A stretch of DNA of 64,000 bases from the human T2T-CHM13v2.0 reference genome, Homo sapiens: NCBI RefSeq assembly GCF_009914755.1, contig NC_060927.1. One strand, given 5' to 3'. The number at the start of each line of letters is the position of its first letter. The first letter of the stretch is position 1. This document shows positions 33,022 through 48,000 of the stretch, one piece after another. Under the pieces are notes generated by a model. It was given only the letters and a program-made list of their open reading frames with translations, ran no database searches and was not told where the DNA came from. Made by a program: the position numbers and the translations under genes.

Positions 33022-34706
33022 CTCCAGAAACAGGGACAAATGTGATGTCCTTTCTCTGCCCCTTGAATTAAATAACAAAATGAACAGCAGATCATTTTGA
33101 TGTTGCTACTCCATAAAGATCATTTTGTTATTGTTACTAGGAGAGAGTGGAGTGTAATGGAAAGAATACATGTTTACAGCTGGGCTGTAATCTTGGATCT
33201 TCTGAAAAGTAAGAATATGTTCTTGAAGGAACCTCAAATTTTGTGAATGTGCTTATTATTTTAAAGATAATTACATGGATTCAATTTCTGTCTCCGTAGT
33301 AACCTGCTGTATTATCTTTCTCTAGCTATATAATCTCTCTTTGCCTCCATTTCTTCATTTGTTAAATAGGGATAATAATAGCACCTATATCATAGGTTTA
33401 TTATAAAAAATGAAATGGATTCACATTTTTAATGTTCTATGTAATTACTTATCATTGTTGTTTTAATAGGGAAAGTATTGGTTATATAAATAGCCAAGAA
33501 AACAGCCAACTGAGACTTTTCTTCCTAGATTACCTTGGTTATATCAGTGCTTCTGGGTGTGGTCACTGATATTCTACAGCAGAAACAGCTAGTGGGGTCC
33601 CCAACTAAAGAATGTATCTTATTGGAGGCTAAGAATTATGAGGCAACTATCTCTGACTTGAGAACCCTAACCTTATATTGACATCTGAGATTTATTCATC
33701 AATAAACACCTTTTTGTAATCCAGAATCATGTTATGTCATTACTTTCTATATCAGAATTTAAATGTTAAGGGACCAAGACATTATGCAATGAATACTAAA
33801 ATGTTACTAAAATCATGTGTTGTGAAGAATATTTGGAAATATGGAAACATGTTCACAAGATGTTAAGTAAAAAAACAGGTTAGCAGGTTGTAAAACAGTA
33901 TTTCAGTATGATTCTAAATTGCAATCATTAAATAATTTTATAATCATGAAAAATGTTATTAAAATATTATAATCCTGTGATAAATTCTAATGAGTACTTT
34001 CTTGATTTGGCTTTAACATTTTCCAAAATTAAAATTACAAGTTTTTTTTCTGATTATAACAGTAATACAGCTTACTACTGTAGCTATTACAAGCAAAATA
34101 GAAAATTAGGTAAAGATGATTAAAATCATCCACAATCCCAGTTTCTTAAAATGGCCTTACTAAGATTTTTAACAAAAATTTACTCCACATATTTATTTAT
34201 GAATTTTTATATGCACCATTTCTCTAATTTTCCTAAATGGAGTTTATAATATCTACCTGTTTTCACTCAATAATATATTGAACTGTATGTTGACCCTCAT
34301 CATTGTCCCAAAGTTTAAAGTCATTGAATAGAGATACAGCAATCACTTACTGATGGAGATGTGTAGTTTGGTTGTCTTACAATTTGTACATTAAAGTTAT
34401 ACTATGATAAAGATCTTTGTGCATACCAATTTACCCTACCAAAAGATATGAGAATATTTCCAGTTGAATTTTAAAATGAAAACCTCATTATTCTTTTAAC
34501 TTACTCTCATTTGATTATTGAGGTGGAGTATTTTTCCATAGGCGTCTTTGAGCCCCTCAACTTGACAATTGTATTGACAATTATTCACTGTATGATTATC
34601 GTGATTATTGCAATTAAGTGATTACTTATGGTTTCTCATTTATTGGAAGGAGCATTGTAAGGGTAGCAGAAACACTACAGAGCCTTTTTTTTTTTTATTT
34701 AACCAC

Positions 34707-35520
34707 TCTCTTGCCCTGGACATGAGGTGGTGATTGGACTCTCAGATGCTGCTTTTGTAATATCGCATGGTCAAATCAAGCCCTATCAAAGTGCCCTGTC
34801 ATGTCCTTTCATATCTCCTTAGGGTTAAGTATGTCCCCAAAGCCCTGCGTCTTGAGGTAGGCATGGGAATTATCTTCAAAAATATCAACATAGGATATAA
34901 CTTTCTCTCTTAGATTAGCTAAGCTTAGAAGAAAAATTTCTTTGTGGTCAAATGTTTCTGCCATATTAAAATCTACAAGTCAGGTGGTGACCAGATTTTG
35001 TGATGCCATCCAAAAGGTTTTAGTACAAATTTTTCTTAAAAATGCAGTAAGTAATTGTAAACTGTGATACTTTTAAATTATCTGCAAGATTATTCCATGA
35101 CCATTTTTAAAATAGATGGTTTTTCTGTTGTGGTCTTAGTTGTCATTTTATAGTTGACCCCACGTGTAACTTTTCGAAGACTCTCAGGATTCCCTTCAGT
35201 CCTATTCTGTGTATCTATCTAGTCATTGTCCCAGTGAAATGATAAAAGGCCCAACTCAGCTTGTTTTGCAATGTGGGCAACAAACATCTCAATAGGATGT
35301 GTCTCTTCCAGTTGTTTTTCTTGTACTATTGATGTCTTATGGGGAGATATTTAACTTCACTTCTTGGTCTTATTCGTAGCAACTTCCATGACTGATGAGC
35401 CAGTTGAATTAGTCTTTGGGATAGTCACTAAGTAGATGGGAACAGGATTTTCTTGGTTGGAAGTCCATTTCTTGAATATTCAAGTTTGTTTGTCCTAGAA
35501 ATTTAATTGACTGAGCCTGC
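34707..35520 (-). pseudogene. Large decayed pseudo-exon (~810 nt, several stops and frameshifts)
   Basis: tttcctttactag| acceptor; protein-like runs HPIEMFVAHIAKQAELGLLSFHWDND, EKFVLKPFGWHHKIWSPPDL, DFNMAETFDHKEIFLLSLANLREKVISYVDIFEDNSHAYLKTQGFGDILNPKEI. Confidence 0.55.
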
Positions 35521-35975
35521 CTAGTAAAGGAAATCTTTGTCATGCCAGTGTGAAGTTCTGCTTCCCACTTTACTATTTTCCTCTTAATGCAGTACTAATA
35601 TATGTTGAACCAAAAACAAAAACCTGGGCTTATAGCATAACACACCTGGTATTAAATTGTGGTACCACCATTTGTTATCCTGGTTAGTTAACAACTTTCT
35701 GAAAATAAAATAAGGATAATAATATCTATCTTAATGTATCTTTTTTTCTTATGAGGTATCTAAGATAGAAGAATTTCTTTTTCTTTGCCTTCGCTTAATA
35801 GAGGTTAGCATTATTTTATTTTATATAAACATAGAAATAAACATCTGCTGGAAACTCATTTGAGAGAAAACAACCCATGTTGGATCTTAGGGAGGTAGAT
35901 ACACTTTTCCATTCTTTCTTCAATCTACAGAGGTTCATGTCATACCCACATCTTCATCTAAAAATCAAGGAATGA

Positions 35976-36287
35976 GGCTGGATACCGTGGCTCACGCTTG
36001 TAATCCCAGCACTTTGCGAGGCCGAGGCAGACAAATCACTTGAGCTCAGGAGCTCAAAACCAGCCTGTCCAACATGGTGAAAACCTGTCTCTACTAAAAA
36101 TAAAAAAATTAGCCAGGTGTGGTGGTGGGTGCGTGTAATCTCAGCTACTCGGGAGACTGAGGCAGGAGAATCACTTGAACCCAGGAGGCGGAGGTTGCAG
36201 GGAGCCAAGATTGCACCACTGCACTCCAGCCTGGACGACAGAGAGAGACTCCATCAAAAACAAACAAACAAACAAACAAACAAACAA
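35976..36287 (+). mobile_element. AluS with (CAAA)n tail
   Basis: Alu dimer. Confidence 0.93.
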
Positions 36288-37514
36288 CCCAGGAATCATT
36301 CTAGACATTATTTGTTTCTCAAATCTGTAATTGTTTTAGGATCTATGTTTGTTTTCTTTTCACCAAAACTAAAGAAACACTGTTCCTTATTTGCTTTTTT
36401 TTTCCTCAGTCTGGCTACTTACTTTTCTCCCTCATAGACAAATGCTAACAACCAATGAATCACCATATTTCTCCTTTATTAAAGCTGTCTCCAATGGCAT
36501 TCTCAGCAAGTTAAAATGTCAAGTATATGGGCCTTTAAGAAAGGTTTCAAAAGATATCCCTGGGGAGGGAGGGAAGAGAAATTTGAGGAGGGAGGAGGGA
36601 AGCCATGTGACCTGAGAAGCAGGAATTCTGTACATAAATACTGAAGTTTACTGTCAAGCTTCCGAGTAAAAATGTTAAATATTTGCAGTGTCCACAACCC
36701 ATGTCCCTGTGATAAGGCTGGTTAATTCCTAGAACATAATGCTAGGAATTCAAGAATGGGGATCATATCCTGAGTACTGATGATCCATCTTGATACTGTG
36801 TCAAAGGGCACAGGATGAGGAATGGAAGGGTTTGGAGAGTGAGAATAAATTACTGCAAATCCAAACATCTGACTGGATAAACTACTCCAAGTGGATATCA
36901 TTTATTATTCACTCCATAGAAAGATTAGAATGTACACCCTAGGGAGATTAAGGTAAGAGTAAGAGAGATGTCTAAACATTTTATGTGTCCATCATCTACG
37001 TTGCCTGTTTATCAGAGTCTGTCACTATAATGTTTACTGCTGTAAGTGGTTAATTATGAATATATCAGCTGAATGCTTTCATGTCAGTTGAGCTGTGCAG
37101 TTGCCACAGTGAGCACTCTTTTCATGTGGACTTTTGGATAAACCAGCGTTTAGAGATTGTGTTTTATAAATTATATGACCAAATTCCAATACCACATGGA
37201 GAATACGTGATTTATGTGCTAATTGGATCATGTCCATTAGACATCCTCATAACTATCTTTTATCGGCACTACAGTTTTTATTTACTAAAACATAGTCACA
37301 TGAAAGTTTCCTATAATAGTATTCTACACTTTCTATTCTCTGACTCTTAGGAATCACTACTCCTTCTGAACTCCTTTAGCAATGAATTTCACAATTATAT
37401 ATTATTAATGTGAAATTCACAATTATATATTATATACATTTAAGTATATGCAGTGAGTTTCACAATTACATATTCTTTCATGTGTTTATTTTTCTCATCA
37501 AAAAATTAAATCTT

Positions 37515-37823
<309 letters not shown>

Positions 37824-38038
37824 TTAAATCTTGATTTGAAAGATTTGAAATATCAGGTGAGTATAAAATCATTGGTAATTCTAACAACTGAAATTAATAA
37901 TTTCAAAAATATTGCTTTTTGTATGTCTATAAACTTTTATATATTGAAAAAACGTATATATGCAAATATGTTGAATTCATGTCATATCTTTTTAACATTA
38001 TCTGCATTATAATTTTGAATATCTTTTTGCTTAATTAA

Positions 38039-38396
<358 letters not shown>

Positions 38397-38596
38397 TAAG
38401 TGGTAGGTATTTAGAAAGTAAGACTCTTCTATTTTTTAGGATCTCTGTGGCATAGTGCATTGCAAGTAGTTCTCAATAAATAGCTTTTGTTGTAAACTAA
38501 CACACTGGTTACTTTCTAAAGTCATTTGCTCTTTTAAAATCCCTTTGGTATACTAATCTATACTATATCACTATACTTGTAGACCAAGGGATTTGT

Positions 38597-38824
<228 letters not shown>

Positions 38825-39672
38825 TTAATTCAGTTGCTTTAAAAAAATCCATATGCCACAGGATGGCTCAGGATATCAATCTATATCTTAGAAAAATTAT
38901 TATACAAATAAATAGGCAACAAGATTGAGAAAAACTGGTATATTTGGTAAAAATACACCAAAAAAGCAAGAGAGGAGGAGGGAGATATGTGTTTTAGAAC
39001 CCACACATTTTCACCAGGTGAATTTTAAAGGCTATAAGAGTTCATAAAATCTTAGCATCCTGAGTCATTTGAGAGTCTGATAAACATCATTTAAATACGT
39101 AATTTAATTGTTTCTCTTTTCTTGTTAGAGAAAGGTGGTGCAAACTTATTCCTGGAAGACGGTCAGCCATATTAATAATGAGCAAAATGCCTATTGAGTT
39201 GGTTTTTTAAATACTAAGAAAATGACTTTTGAAGTTAAAACACATGCTAACTGTTGCTTAGTTTTAAATATATATATATGGAGTGGAACAAAAGTTCCCA
39301 CTCAACAGCTTACTGAAAAATACAAAAAGGAATGCAGTTTTCAGCAGGTTCTATTTGCCATAAAACATTTTCTTTTCTTACCATTGTTTTATTTTTTTCT
39401 TTCTGGTCTCCCCCTCTTGCCAACGTTCACAGCTGGACATCTTTGTCCATCTTTCAGGTACTTTGTGTTGCATATCCGTACGTGAAACACATATATGCAT
39501 AACTATTCAGGTTTCCCTCCTGTCTCCATTGTTGGCAGAATTCTCATTCAAGTTAACATTAATATACTTTTTTGCTCTTCTCTTCCTCCTGGTTTGTCCT
39601 TTTGTCACTTGGAAAATATTGATTTCCCTCCATTGTAGGTGAGATGCACCTACATGGCTCATTTGTGCTTAC

Positions 39673-39910
39673 TTCCTTCTTGTTTGGAGACTCAGCAAGT
39701 TCAGCACAATGCTATTTATTGAATTTATCTGTCAATTTCTTCTTCCTTGCATGGCTGACTAATTCAGTGGAATCAGCACAATACCAGAAGCACAGAGGAT
39801 AATGGCTTAAATTTTTTTTTTTGCAGAAAATTGTAAATCAAAAGTAGAGACTAAATTTGAGGACCAATCCCTTCAGAAGGTTGCAACTTGTAAAGTGTGT
39901 GCAGGACTGT
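39673..39910 (-). pseudogene. Pseudo-exon, 238 nt (3n+1; inferred +1 slip in an A11 run)
   Basis: ttcacctag| ... GAA|gtaagc; TVLHTLYKLQPSEGIGPQI*SLLLIYNFLQKK/NLSHYPLCFWYCADSTELVSHARKKKLTDKFNK*HCAELAESPNKKE. Confidence 0.65.
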
Positions 39911-40307
39911 CTAGGTGAACATGGCAACAGATATGATTTTCTAATGGGGCACTTCTCAGCTTTTCATTAAATGTCTAAGAAATACACAGAAAGACATGAA
40001 TTGGCAGCAGGATTGTGAAATAAAAATGAGAGGAGCCTCTAACATAGGCAAAAACTTTCCTCCAAACAGACAAACAAAAGCGTATAATCAATGAAGAAAT
40101 AAAAATCAGAATAACCTCATTTTCTTCACAGTACAAAATACTAAAAAATCAACAGAGTTATTTTCATGAATGGCTTAGTCTTTGGAATTGGCTTTGGACA
40201 TGCATTCCTACTTCACACATCCCAGTGAACCTCAGCACATTAGCTGGTTACTGAGAAGGTAGGAAAGTAAACTGACCTTTACCTTTTGTGAACTGGGTGC
40301 TACTTAC

Positions 40308-40430
40308 TAGGATCTTACTGGTCTCTTTCTGCCAAGGTCAGCTCCTCTTGTGTTACAACAGAGAAACGACTAATCTCAGAATGTAACATGTTTTAGATAA
40401 GTGGTATGGAGAAGCAGTCATGCTTAGTTG
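40308..40430 (-). pseudogene. Candidate pseudo-exon, 123 nt, phase 0>0, acceptor apparently AG>AA
   Basis: cttctctttcaa| ... CTA|gtaagt; QLSMTASPYHLSKTCYILRLVVSLL*HKRS*PWQKETSKIL. Confidence 0.35.
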
Positions 40431-41584
40431 TTGAAAGAGAAGTATACAGTATGCACAAGTGTATACTTTTGTAAGTTTTTATGCTGTTCAAAGAAGAACT
40501 TTAAGATACTATTACAGCATAGTCATTAAGAGAAAAGATGTTAAATAGACAAGATGCTTTTGAATTGCAAGACCCCTGTGCCTAATCCTGAAAAAGTTTT
40601 CTAACTTCTTTGTGCCTTAGTTTCCTCATTTGTAAAATGGCCATTAAACACTTCATAATATTACTGTGAGGATTAAAAAAGTAAGAACTAAGTCCAGTGT
40701 TTGGTAACTGTAGTAAGCCCTAGATGGATGATTGTCACTACTGTTATTTACCCTAAATAAATTCAATATTTATCTTTAGTTATTATTATACCACACTGTT
40801 ACTAAGTTAGGCTTAGAAGGAAATGACTCCCTGTTAGCTTTGAAGGTTGAGCTACAAGATCATGCCCATCAAGTTAAAATTAAGGTTTTGACCTGCCAAT
40901 TGAAGGTGCAAGCCTAGAGAGATTACCTTCCACATAAGCTTAATACCTGGCCTAAGTGGCTTGCTCACGTTATCTAAGTAGAAACAAACTGAAACAAACA
41001 AAACTAATAATCAAAACTAATAAAAACATCCAAATAAATAAAATTATTGATTCAGGCAAGGAATAAGGATTAATAAATTTGATAATGAGGGGCTGGATAA
41101 TTGTATAATGTCAAGGTGGAATCACATGTGTAACTTTCTAATCAAAGAAAAAAAACACACACTGGAGAGATCCTACTATTTCCATCCTATTCCAGTAGTC
41201 AGTCAGTTGTTATATGCCCTGGGATATAATGCAAGATATAATGAGCAACTTTCACAATGTAGTCTAGTCAAAAAAGTTTTACCAACATCAGATCATTAGG
41301 AGATACAGGAGATAGAAGAACAAGGGAGACATCATCACATGGATGCAATCAGACAAATGACACGTGCGAGACATTCTGTGAAACAGCAGACCTGGTCTCT
41401 TCAACAAGTCACTGTCTGGAAAAAGGACTGAACTATATTAAGAATGACTGAAGAAACAGAATCAGATGCAATGATTGGTCTTGAATTAGATACTTATTTT
41501 GTCAAACCAGATGAAAAGGCATTTTTGACAGGATTGCCTGTTTTTGTAACCCAAAATATGCATTGAAAAAAATAAGCAAGACTT

Positions 41585-41905
41585 TTGTTAAAATATCTTT
41601 AGACAGAATTTTGGTATATATATATGATATATATGTGATTATATCTACATATATCTATATATATATTCTGTCTAAAAATTCTCACAATTCTGTGTAAAGA
41701 TATTTTAGACAGAATTAGGAGATATCTGTATCTAGCTCTAGATATAGCTAAATATATATTCCTTTATATATCTATAAATCTATATATCTAGCTATATATA
41801 TTTAGATATATCTTGCTCTAGATATATATCTAGCTCTTATATATAGAGAGAGAGATAGATATAGAGCTAGGTATAGATATATAAAGGAATATATATCTAT
41901 ATAGT
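41585..41905. repeat. AT-rich nested inverted-repeat/(TA)n region
   Basis: aaaatatctttagacagaatt vs aattctgtgtaaagatatttt; atatattcctttatatatctata vs tatagatatataaaggaatatat. Confidence 0.8.
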
Positions 41906-41989
41906 ATGTTTATGACCTACAAGTATTCTTTTTTGATCAGGTTTTCTTGAACATCAGATATATGTATATACCAGACCATTCAACATGCA

Positions 41990-42164
<175 letters not shown>

Positions 42165-42548
42165 TAGTGCTCTTGATTGATTAAAAGTATATTTTGAGAA
42201 TTGTTTATTGTGATTGCTTGAAAGGTGATTATTATAAAAATGAGTAAAATAATGAATCACTACTCCCTTTTTTGTTTCTTATTTTGTTTGTTTCTTCCTT
42301 TTGTACTCAAGTAACAAAAATCTTAATTTAGCTCTGAGGATACAAATGAAGAGTAATGTTTCTTGCCCCTGGTCCCACAGTTAGTGACAGACAGTCACTA
42401 AAAATTGAAATGCAGACAGTCCAATTTCAGAAACCATGCTCTTGACCAATACATTGAAGGGTCTTTAGCTATTAGCTGCCTATAAAATATGTGGTCATAA
42501 CCGTAGAGAACACAGCAAAATACCACAATAAAAAAGGATAAATGAAAC

Positions 42549-42692
42549 TTCACTATTTTTCATGGAAAAACCCAACTTGTATTGCCTGCTTCCTTTGTCA
42601 GCTTTGAGAACTTCAGTATGAAGTTTTGTACCTATAGCTCCAGCTCCTGAAAAAATTGTTCCAAAAGCCTCAACACCAGTTAAATTAAGTTC
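42549..42692 (-). pseudogene. Pseudo-exon, phase 0 start, 3' boundary uncertain
   Basis: tttccaacttctgtcag|; ELNLTGVEAFGTIFSGAGAIGTKLHTEVLKADKGSRQYKLGFSMKNSE. Confidence 0.55.
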
Positions 42693-43605
42693 CTGACAGA
42701 AGTTGGAAACATTATGAGAATGACACACATGGTTTTTGTTCAGATCATCTGGGGAATGCACGTCACACTGGCATCAACCTCCAACAGAGCCTTGGGATGA
42801 CAGAAGCAGCCGTTCGGAGGAGGCCTCTCCTTGCTCTGTTAGTGAAAAGTTGAGATTTGGATGGTATTTTTCACACTCTTGACAGTTTATGACACGCTGA
42901 TGGGATGAAACAGAGAGACTGCATACTAAAAGTTGGCTGTGACCTAACAAGCAAAGTTACACAAGTCATCCCTGGTCACATAAGAGGTTTCACCTCCTCA
43001 TTTCTAAAAGCTAATTATTACTAGCTTTTTGTGATTACCAGATATACCTCTTCCATTTTTTATACCTCCTACTCTCTTAACATGGACAGCATTGTTGAAC
43101 TCAGGATCTGAAGTCAGACAGCATTGTCTTCTTTGAGCCTCAATCTGCTTGTCAATGAAGTAGGGATGATGACAATTCTTTCCATATAGTGTAGTTGTGA
43201 GCATGATAAAATGCCTAGTACAGGGACTGTCTAGTAACTCCTAACCACAACTATTATGCTTGTTAGTCCCCATGGCCTATTTATTTTAAGCCCAAAGCAT
43301 CTTCTGGAGCTAAGCACTGTAATGCCCTTGAAGTGTTTTTTAATCTCTTCAGTTCTGTCTACTGCACGTTGTGGTCTTACACTGCTCCTGGCCACTGTTG
43401 AGTTATTCCTAAAGGAATACAGCAATTTCAGCGGCCTTCTGAAGCTCCCTGTCATGCCTGGCAATGTCATTATATACCAACTGATATGTTTTTACTTTTC
43501 CCAATTCTTGACAACCTTCTATAGTAGTATTTCACATATCTGCTTGGAAAAAATATTTGGGTAACAGCTTTTGGTATTGCTAGGTGTTTTCGGTTTTCTT
43601 CTTAC

Positions 43606-43688
43606 CTTTTTGTTTATCGTAGTATAATTATAGGAATTAATTAATTTGTCGAATTGTGTTATTTCTCTGCTCGTGTAGCATCATCTTG
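43606..43688 (-). pseudogene. Pseudo-exon, 83 nt, phase 1>0
   Basis: ctctttatctccatacag|...AAG|gtaaga; R*CYTSREITQFDKLINSYNYTTINKK. Confidence 0.55.
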
Positions 43689-44534
43689 CTGTATGGAGAT
43701 AAAGAGCAGTTAATTTTGAGTAATATACTAGAAGTTTGGTATTCGTGACTCTCATTTTTGGTGAACCACTCTACTGACTCAAAAACAAAGATTTTTATGT
43801 GCTTTGAAATTTTAATAATCAGGTAATGTCTAACATTTCACATTTTCTCCAATAGCCACTCTTTTTTGCTTTTATTTTTGCATATAATCCTGCTCCATTT
43901 CTAAAATTGCCCTTTGAAATTTTCTTATTTTCCTACACATTCCAGTTTATTACTATGTGGAAGCTGATAATATTTATACTTTGTTTTCTAGGAGGTCATT
44001 GATATAAAATTTTATTTTATGGTTGATTTTCTTGTGAATGGGTGTTTTACACAATTTTCAAGTAATTGGCGTGGATTTTATGAGGCCAGTCAAATGTAGC
44101 AAACATTATAAAATTACTGAAAATGTATCAGTGATGACAAATATTTAATGATTGGTTTATTTTGATTGGTCGTAGTTCCATTTTTCTCTAAGGCATCTTC
44201 CTTAAAATAAGCATATATAAATGACCTTTAATGTATACAGCATGCATTTTTTCATTCTCTAGCAATGAGAGCAAGCACATAATGTTGTGATCACTGTTAG
44301 CCCATCTGTGTTTTAACATGCTCTCCTTAGTTTTATTCTCCTGTGTTGTTCATTTAGTATATGGCCTCATTCTTCCACTTTTTTTTCTGTTTTGATGAAT
44401 AGTTTGGATAATAATGACTGACCCAAGGTGTGCAAATGATTTAAGCAAACAAAGCAAAACTATTCCACTGTCTTTTGAAATGTAGGCTTCAGGGTATCTT
44501 GAATTGCATTCAAAAAGATAAAACTCTTCATCAG

Positions 44535-45040
44535 AATTAAAAACATACGTTTACACAAAATCATGTACACAAGTTCATAGCAGCATTATTTGTAATAGCC
44601 CCAAAGTAGAAACAACTCAAATGTTCATCAACTGATAATTCGATTAAACAAAATCTGGCATAACCATAAATGGAATATTATTCAGGCATAAAAAGGAATG
44701 AAGTTCTAATACGTGTTACAAGTTGGATGAACTTTGAAAATATGCTAAGTGAAAGAAGTCATATACAAAAGACTTGCAAGGTTCTATGCCTTCATGTATA
44801 TGAAATACCCAGAATAGGCAAATCCATAGAAACGGAAAGTAGATTAGAGGTTCCTAGGAGCCAGGTACAGAGGGGAATGGAGAGTTATTGCTTAATGGGT
44901 ATGGAGTTTCTTTAGAGGAAAAAATTCTGGAGTGGTGGTGGCTACACAATTTTGTGAAATATACTAAAAACCATTGAAGTGTATGCTTTAAAAAGGTTAA
45001 ATGGTAAATGTTACATTACGTGAATTTTATCTCTAAAAGC
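44535..45040 (+). mobile_element. L1MB-like 3' end
   Basis: MEYYSGIKRNEVLI..WMNFENMLSERS ORF2 end, then L1MB-type 3'UTR. Confidence 0.8.
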
Positions 45041-48000
45041 ATTTTAAGAGAAGACATTATAATAAACAGAGAGTACAAAGATCAGAAGACAAAAGAAATT
45101 GGTGGAAATTATTTGACATTATGAAGAGCATTGTAAGTCTCAATTTCAGGGAGAATTGACCATAATTGACAAAATATTGCATAAATAATATCAGGGATGC
45201 ATTTGGATAAGAAACACATATTACAATCCTTTATAATGTTAACTTAGTATGTATTCCAGTTTCCACAAATGCACTCCATCTCCCCCAAAGTATAGGCAAG
45301 TAGTCCTTGAAAGTTGGAATGGAAAGATTAAGCAACATTTTCATAAATATGTCACTGAAACAGGCTCACAAAGCAGTACATGCCATATAATGGGAACTGG
45401 GGTATAGAAGAGAGGTTAATCAATGCTGTATAGCTAAACTGGAAGTAAAGAGGGATTTCATAAGAGAGGTTCCCTTTAAACTTGTTTTGGAAGGATACAT
45501 AGGAGTTCTCCATAGTGTGGATAATGAGGGAACAATATGAGCAGTAAGAACTTTCATCTAACCTTTAACTTCTTTCTTCTATCCAGAAAGGGTTAGTCAA
45601 TTTTGCATTGAGCACCATCACCCATTCCCTAAATACAATTCAAACGGCTTACAATCCTTGTTTTTTTGGTTTGGTATGTAAGGTTTAGTTTTCCTCCAAC
45701 TTCTGCATTTCTCTTCAAGGGAGGCCATTAAACCCTGTTTTTATTTCTAATCTACAAAAGCTAAAAAAGCATATTTCCCTTTATGAATTTTTCATATGCT
45801 CATCTGATGCTTGTGTGCTCTCTGCCCCTTTGCCTGGCCTGAAATCTGCTTCTTACTTATCTAGTTCATCTCTTGCTATTTGCCAATGCAAATGTGGGCT
45901 AAAACCAGCTGAAACAGTAAGGGCATGTTAGCAGAGGGAAAAAGGAAAGGAAAAAGAGGCAAATAGAGTAAGTACCCAAAGAAGGAAAAAGAGCAGAGAT
46001 CATAGATGGCTATATGAGGTTCAGGCAGAGGAATTAAAGAAAGTGAAGAAATGGTTGGGAAGAAATTAGAATGATGCCTGTAGACTGGAAGCAGTGAAGG
46101 AAACAACATCAGAAATTGGGGCAAAAGTTAAGAATAGGAAATAAGCTTTTACTTTTTAACTGTGCTGCAAGGATGCAAAACCAATTAAATTATTTGAAAA
46201 TGTGCTTTATTTTAGGCCAATCTATAGTATACATATCAAAACTTAGCTTGCTCTGGTGTTCAAGGTGGCTTTATACTGTTTGGCTATCCTGTGTTTATTA
46301 TGCCATTAATCCTTTTAACTGGTCTGGAAGGCAATTTAGTTTTAAGTCAGTTACTTTTTTGAAATGAATCTTATTTATACCAAACTTCTCATGTTTGCTT
46401 GAATTTAATCAAATTTTTATATAAAGTGTAATTTCAAGGAATTTATAATGGAGCATCAAGGGAGGAGTTGGTTATGTAATCATACTTTTGTAATTTTCTA
46501 TTGTGGAGAAATTTATCTGCTTAGTTATTGAAATCAAATTCCTGCAATAGAGCTATTAAAATGGGCTAGCATCATCTTTGAGAATGTTCCTTCTTAAAGG
46601 TAATATAAATTATATCCAACAGGAGAGAAAAAGTTAACTTATGAGGTGAGTAGACTAAGAGTCATTAAAAAAATCTTGAGGAAGATTTTTAATAATATGT
46701 AAAATATTTCTGATGTGGTAGCATAAATATATATTATAGGACATTATTAATAGTAAAGTGATCCAAAACATATACCACAGGGAGATGACTTGAAAAAAAT
46801 GCATTAATGCTTCATCAGTTGTTATCTTAGGGTAGTGGGTAATAGGATAGTTTTTATTCTCTCTATATATATTTTTGCCAGATTATCTAATAAGATACGT
46901 TTTTATTAATAATAAAAAGAGAGACAAATGATACAAATTTTAGAATGAGGACTGCTCAGTCTGCATAAAAATTATTTTCTTGCAACAAAGATGCACTATG
47001 GAATTCAAAAATGGTGGTAACTATTGTCAAACATGTAGAGATTGGAGTTCCTAACTGTTGCAGGAAGATCTAAGATAAAGTACTACAAGATGAGTAACAA
47101 ATACATCCTTAAAAGCCCATTTAAGGAGTTCTTAATCGCAAAAAATTTGAATAGGATTTAATTTGATGAATGGTCTAGTTAACCAAAATAGTTTATCTGG
47201 TTCAGTTACTGTTGATAAATATATTTAACGACATTGCAATTGCATATTATTCAGCCACAACATAATTTCATTAATGACTCATTAAAATTATTGTGAAAAG
47301 GAAACACTTAAGATTGCATTGGAGCATTGGGATACCTCACAGTTTGATTTTTTCTTCTTCCTCTCCCTGCACATTTTTTACTTCTTATATTTAAGTATTC
47401 TGCTATGATTTTAAAAACTAGCTACAAAGGGGAGATAACAAAATGAGAGCCTTCTCATATTAAAAAATATCGTTTCTTCTCCTACCCCTTATTTTTCAGT
47501 GTATGTTCACATTAAGAAACTAGAAAAATCTAGATAAGCAGAGCCAAGGTAATTAGTTTTCTGTAATTCTTACACGAAGAGATCATCACTAATGTCATTT
47601 TGGTATTATTTACTGAGATTTGTTTTTTCTACACTTAAATAGGCACATAAATACATGATTATGTATTTCTCACACTGTTTTATGGCCTGTATTTCACACT
47701 TGGTTTTATAATATGAACATCTTCCATGTCAGAAAATATTATTCTTCATTATACTAATGGCCAAATATTATTCCATTTGTAGATGTATGTACTTATTTAA
47801 CTAATTTTCTGTCTCTTGAAGATGAATTCCTGCAGTGGAATTGCTGAATCAAATATGTATATATTTTGATGCTTTACGGCATTAATACATTTTCCCTTAA
47901 GAAAGTTGTATCAATTTATACATCTATCATCCTCAGTTAGGTACATCCTTGCTGACTTTGGGTGGCTTTTTTTATTCTGTTTCCCATTTTTATAAGCAAA

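Noticed and set aside
33478-33500. TATA/MEF2-like motif ttatataaatagcc
   Set aside because: Imperfect MEF2 match in AT-rich DNA with no supporting first-exon or CpG evidence.
37383-37474. CRISPR-like repeat-spacer pattern
   Set aside because: Eukaryotic context, only three degenerate AT-rich copies, irregular spacers and no cas genes.
39673-39910. RGS-domain resemblance (YNFLQKK..YPLCFWYCAD)
   Set aside because: Only a short motif likeness; it cannot be assigned without a profile search.
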